NCBI RefSeq assembly: GCF_902459465.1
Contig: NC_047083.1
Coordinates: 682,001-746,000 of the forward strand
Direction: 5' to 3'
Length of the DNA: 64,000 nt
Source: Asterias rubens
Lineage: Eukaryota
The notes beneath the pieces were generated by a model that searched no databases, was not told where the DNA came from, and worked only from the letters and a program-made list of their open reading frames with translations. A program made the translations under genes and the position numbers. Of this stretch, positions 60,315 through 64,000 are shown in pieces; the first letter of the stretch is position 1; each line of letters starts with the position of its first letter.

Positions 60315-63300
60315 GTAAGTTGTTAAAAATTGTAAAAAACATTTTGTGAAATCTGAACTTATGCGGTTTTACTTTTACTTTAGAGCTTGTGGAGTAGGGC
60401 TCTTTGGTCGCAGTTCAACTTCAATTTTATTCTTCGGTTCTTCTAGGCTTTTTGGTTCAGAATTTTGATGGACCCAGAAAAGTGTGTTTGTGGTTTAGTA
60501 GGTCTAATCGCAATTTAGTTTTATGGTTGACTCTTGTTTCTGTGTTTCCCTGCGATATGTAAATGTATAACCTCTTCGAAAAGCTATATAAATTTAAGAA
60601 GTTGTTAAACAAGTTTCATCGTTGCAGGAGTTTTGAGTTGATTGAGTCCTCGGGAGGATGGAGGGTTACAATATAATCGCACCGCATACTTTTCATGAGA
60701 TTTGTACCTTATTTTAGTGTTTATAAGTAGTACAAAGTATGTCGGCATACTCTTTTTAGGCCCGTTCCTTAAGTTTTTTCGCAGAACCGAAAATATCACT
60801 TTTATTTTTTCTGATCTAAAAATTTTTCTATTTTGAACAGTTATGTCAGTCACAGTTCAATGCACAACTAATTTATTTGGTAACTTGATTCATTGGTAAA
60901 ACTTGAGTTATTTGTAACTTGAGTTTTCATTACTTGGAATGAAACACTGTTTCTGTGGTTTATGTGGATTCTGTACACCATTGCAGACAGGAACTATGAG
61001 AAATGTAAGACTAAACATTAATTCAGACTTAGGTGTGAGAAAACAACAGCTGACATTTTCTCAAGATTATAAAGAAATCCAGTCCTGCTTTTTGATCTAG
61101 ATTACTGAGGATAATGATCAAGTTCTAGCTGGAGGTTATTAAAATTGACATTTCCATTTTGTAATAAATTCTGATGATGGCTTGGCCATCTTTTTGTTTC
61201 TCACATTCAACTAATGTGTTCAAATTGAGGCTAGAAGGAGAAGTAGTCTGGCCCTTTTTGTGTTAAGAACTATAATTGCCACAGTGTGTTCAGGGTACGT
61301 GACTAAGATGCTATGGTCTACTGAGCCCTGATAAACAGAGCGGAACGATGAAACTGATGACATTTTGAAATCCTCGCCGCTGGAGCGAATCATCCATTCA
61401 ATGAATCCACGAATGACATTTTTCTCTCTGCGCTTTCTTTATAGGGAAAGGATTTTGAACCGTTTGTTTGATTGTTTTAATCCGCTAAAAATATAGATAC
61501 CAATTATTATTGAATAAAACTAAACTGCTAATTTAAATCATTTTAAAAGGTGGTCGGGTTTTTGAGATATCACCGACAGTCCGGAACGATTATGTCTACG
61601 CATAATCCGAATCGCTGTCTGTATTTCACACAAAGCTCATTTTATTAAATTATACCGACAACAAAACATTGAGAAAATTTCACCAGGAATGTTTTTCACC
61701 AGTCATGTGAAAAGGGCTAAAGTCTTAGACTGAGATCTCAGTGGAGACCTAAGACACTGCTAAATGTCATGAATGTGACTTTGGCACTTAGCCAAATAAT
61801 ATATTTATCATATCGGACTTCTTCTCCAGTAATTCAATCCCCGCCCCCGCCTTCTTCCTTACTGCAGATGTCTTAAAGAAGTTATTTATAATCCTGTAAA
61901 TTAAATCTCAGACATGTCAGCCACATTTTACAAGAAGGGCAGTCTCAAACATTTTTTTCCACACAAAATGATCAAATTAAAAGGCAATGTGTTTCTCTGG
62001 TTTTTGGACCGTTCGGTTGGTTTAATCCTAATTAAATGTATAGTCACTTTTTTGAGATATTGCTGAAAATCCGGAGCGAATTTGTCCGGAAGCCGATGTA
62101 CAACCCCTAAAAGGAATACACAATCGCAGTAAAGCTTCTCAGATTCAAATTGTGGGGTAGAAGAACTTATGTTTTACATAACCACACTACTTTGAATTGA
62201 AATTTTTCTCAAAATGTTTTATACTATCGGAAGCTGCTGTACTTCTATTCCAACAAGTAGTTTTTACTGTCATTAATTTAAGAGTGATTGTCAAACTTAT
62301 ACCTTCCCTTTAATAACTAACTGTCATCATGTAAAGAATGGTTAAATTTATCACATTCTTTATCTGCAATGTAAGAAGGAAAGTGAAATCGAAATAAGAA
62401 ATGAAACTCTATCAAGGTTCATTTCCTCTAAAAGGTAATCAATTGTAAGTTGAACAATTCCAACAATCATTTCCTTGTATCATGGTAAGGACAGAGAAGG
62501 ATGCTTGTATCAAATATCGTAACTTGTATAGGGAGGGCCTGCAAGGCCTCCAAGTTTACTTTTTAAGAAGTAACAGCAGCTTTGGGTTTATAAAGCATTA
62601 TGAGACCCTTATACTTTGAAGTAAGTGGAAGGAAAAATATGTAAATTTTTGTCTCCCAAGTTTGAATCTGAGAAGCGTTACTGACAGTTACATGTCTCAG
62701 CTTGTGTATTCCAATGTATCTACAATCATAGAGCTTACTCTATGCTACAACATATGATATCAAACAAACAGTTCCAATCACCAAGCTTATACAATCCCTT
62801 TAAATAAAGTCAATTGCAAAGATTTTCTTCTGTGCATAGCCAGTACTCTGCTTTTACACACAATCTGTGCTTTGTTTTTGTTTTAAATGTGTAACATTCT
62901 TAGTATTCAAAATGATGAACAAAAATATGTTTTGCTTTTTTTTCAAAATAAGAATTTGTTTATGTCTCTTTTGAATTCACAACAGTATTCAATGTGTTCA
63001 GTCCACTATCCCAAAACACTGTTATAAAACCCAAGTATTTTGGCAGTTCCTGCAACCTGCCTTCCCCTGTTTAGCCCTGATCATGGAGCTATAAAGTCCA
63101 GAAGTATTGAACACCTTGTCTGAAACTCAAGGACAAATTGTTGCAAGTTCAGCCCCTAGGGAAGCAGTCTTGCAACTTTAGAAGTAGTGCTGAGAGGGGA
63201 GTCAATGGAAACCATATAGCTAGGTCCTAGCTCTATGGGGAAACTAATAAAGTGGTGTATGCCAGTGGGAATTCAGTCATATTGCAGTGGAACATTTTGT

Positions 63301-63539
63301 CTGGTTAACTGATTTGTAACTTGGGGACACGAAGGGATGGTGTTGCGATTGCTTATTGTGTTTTGAGATTTAAGTGGAAATAGTGTGGGAACAGTGTTTA
63401 AAAAGGCTCGCTGTTGTAGTTTACAGTGGTAGCAGTTTCCCTTAAGTAAATAAACAAGTTTGACAAGTGAACCTGTGTCGATTGTTTGTGTAAAAACACA
63501 GTGGACTAATCCATTTCTAGGAGAACAGACGACTGAAGA

Positions 63540-63800
63540 AGTTGGTCTTCAAAGTTGCAAGAGAATAATGAAAGAACAAACACCCTTGTTGTACAAACTT
63601 ATGTGCTTTCAGATGCCTGAAGTCTTTTTATATTTCAGTAATAAAATAACTGTATGTTACTTCAGATGGAGCCATTTCTCACAATGTTTTACACTATAAA
63701 CAGCTCCCCATTGCTCATTTTACCATGGTTTTACTAAGTACATTTGTAATGTAAGTTATTATGCTTACAACTATTTTAGGTAGTTATCAATAGTGTCCAA
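63540..63800. mobile_element. Degenerate family A MITE
   Basis: Homology to family A internal sequence (aaacacccttg...ctcacaatgtttt...atagtgtcc). Confidence 0.65.
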
Positions 63801-64000
63801 ACAGACTAGGCACCATTTTACCTTGGCCTCCTAATAGTTGTTCCTGTTTGATAGCAGTAACTTGTTAAAGAACAATCCCCTTAGCCTTGCTCTTAAATGA
63901 TTTGTTCGTGGTGTGTTTTATATCTGAATCAGATGATTAATATTATAAACAGATCATTAATCAACTTGCTCCATTGGTTGACGTGGAGCTTGGTGTCAGG

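Noticed and set aside
60380-60470. ACGVGLFG as exon 2 of the second tetraspanin
   Set aside because: No AG acceptor gives the required phase 0, and the frame stops within about 30 codons without TM2.

Overview
AT-rich metazoan genomic DNA with GT-AG introns. The repeat content and (TACATG)n tracts suggest an echinoderm, possibly a sea star; this is inference, not a database match. From left to right: the 5' part of PRMT1 (minus strand, 4 coding exons, running off the left edge) lies head-to-head with a complete 7-exon CD151/TSPAN11-like tetraspanin (plus strand, 254 aa). Then comes a minus-strand cluster of effector-less C2H2 zinc-finger genes at about 17.4-40.6 kb: a pseudogene, a pseudogenised tandem duplicate, an intact 594-aa gene with a recently amplified 84-bp finger array, and a 396-aa gene with a coding 15-bp minisatellite followed by a severed downstream finger ORF. 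About 17 kb with no clear gene follows, containing two possible tetraspanin relics, and then the first coding exon of a second tetraspanin at 60.25 kb. The window is dense in non-autonomous DNA transposons (several TTAA/Kolobok-type MITE families, a Harbinger MITE, a 6-bp-TSD hAT-like family), tRNA/CORE-type SINEs, L2 and RTE LINE fragments, and minisatellites. No rRNA, bona fide tRNA or CRISPR array was seen. The most interesting signal is a birth-and-death ZF cluster with PRDM9-like array evolution but no KRAB or PR/SET domain in the ORFs.
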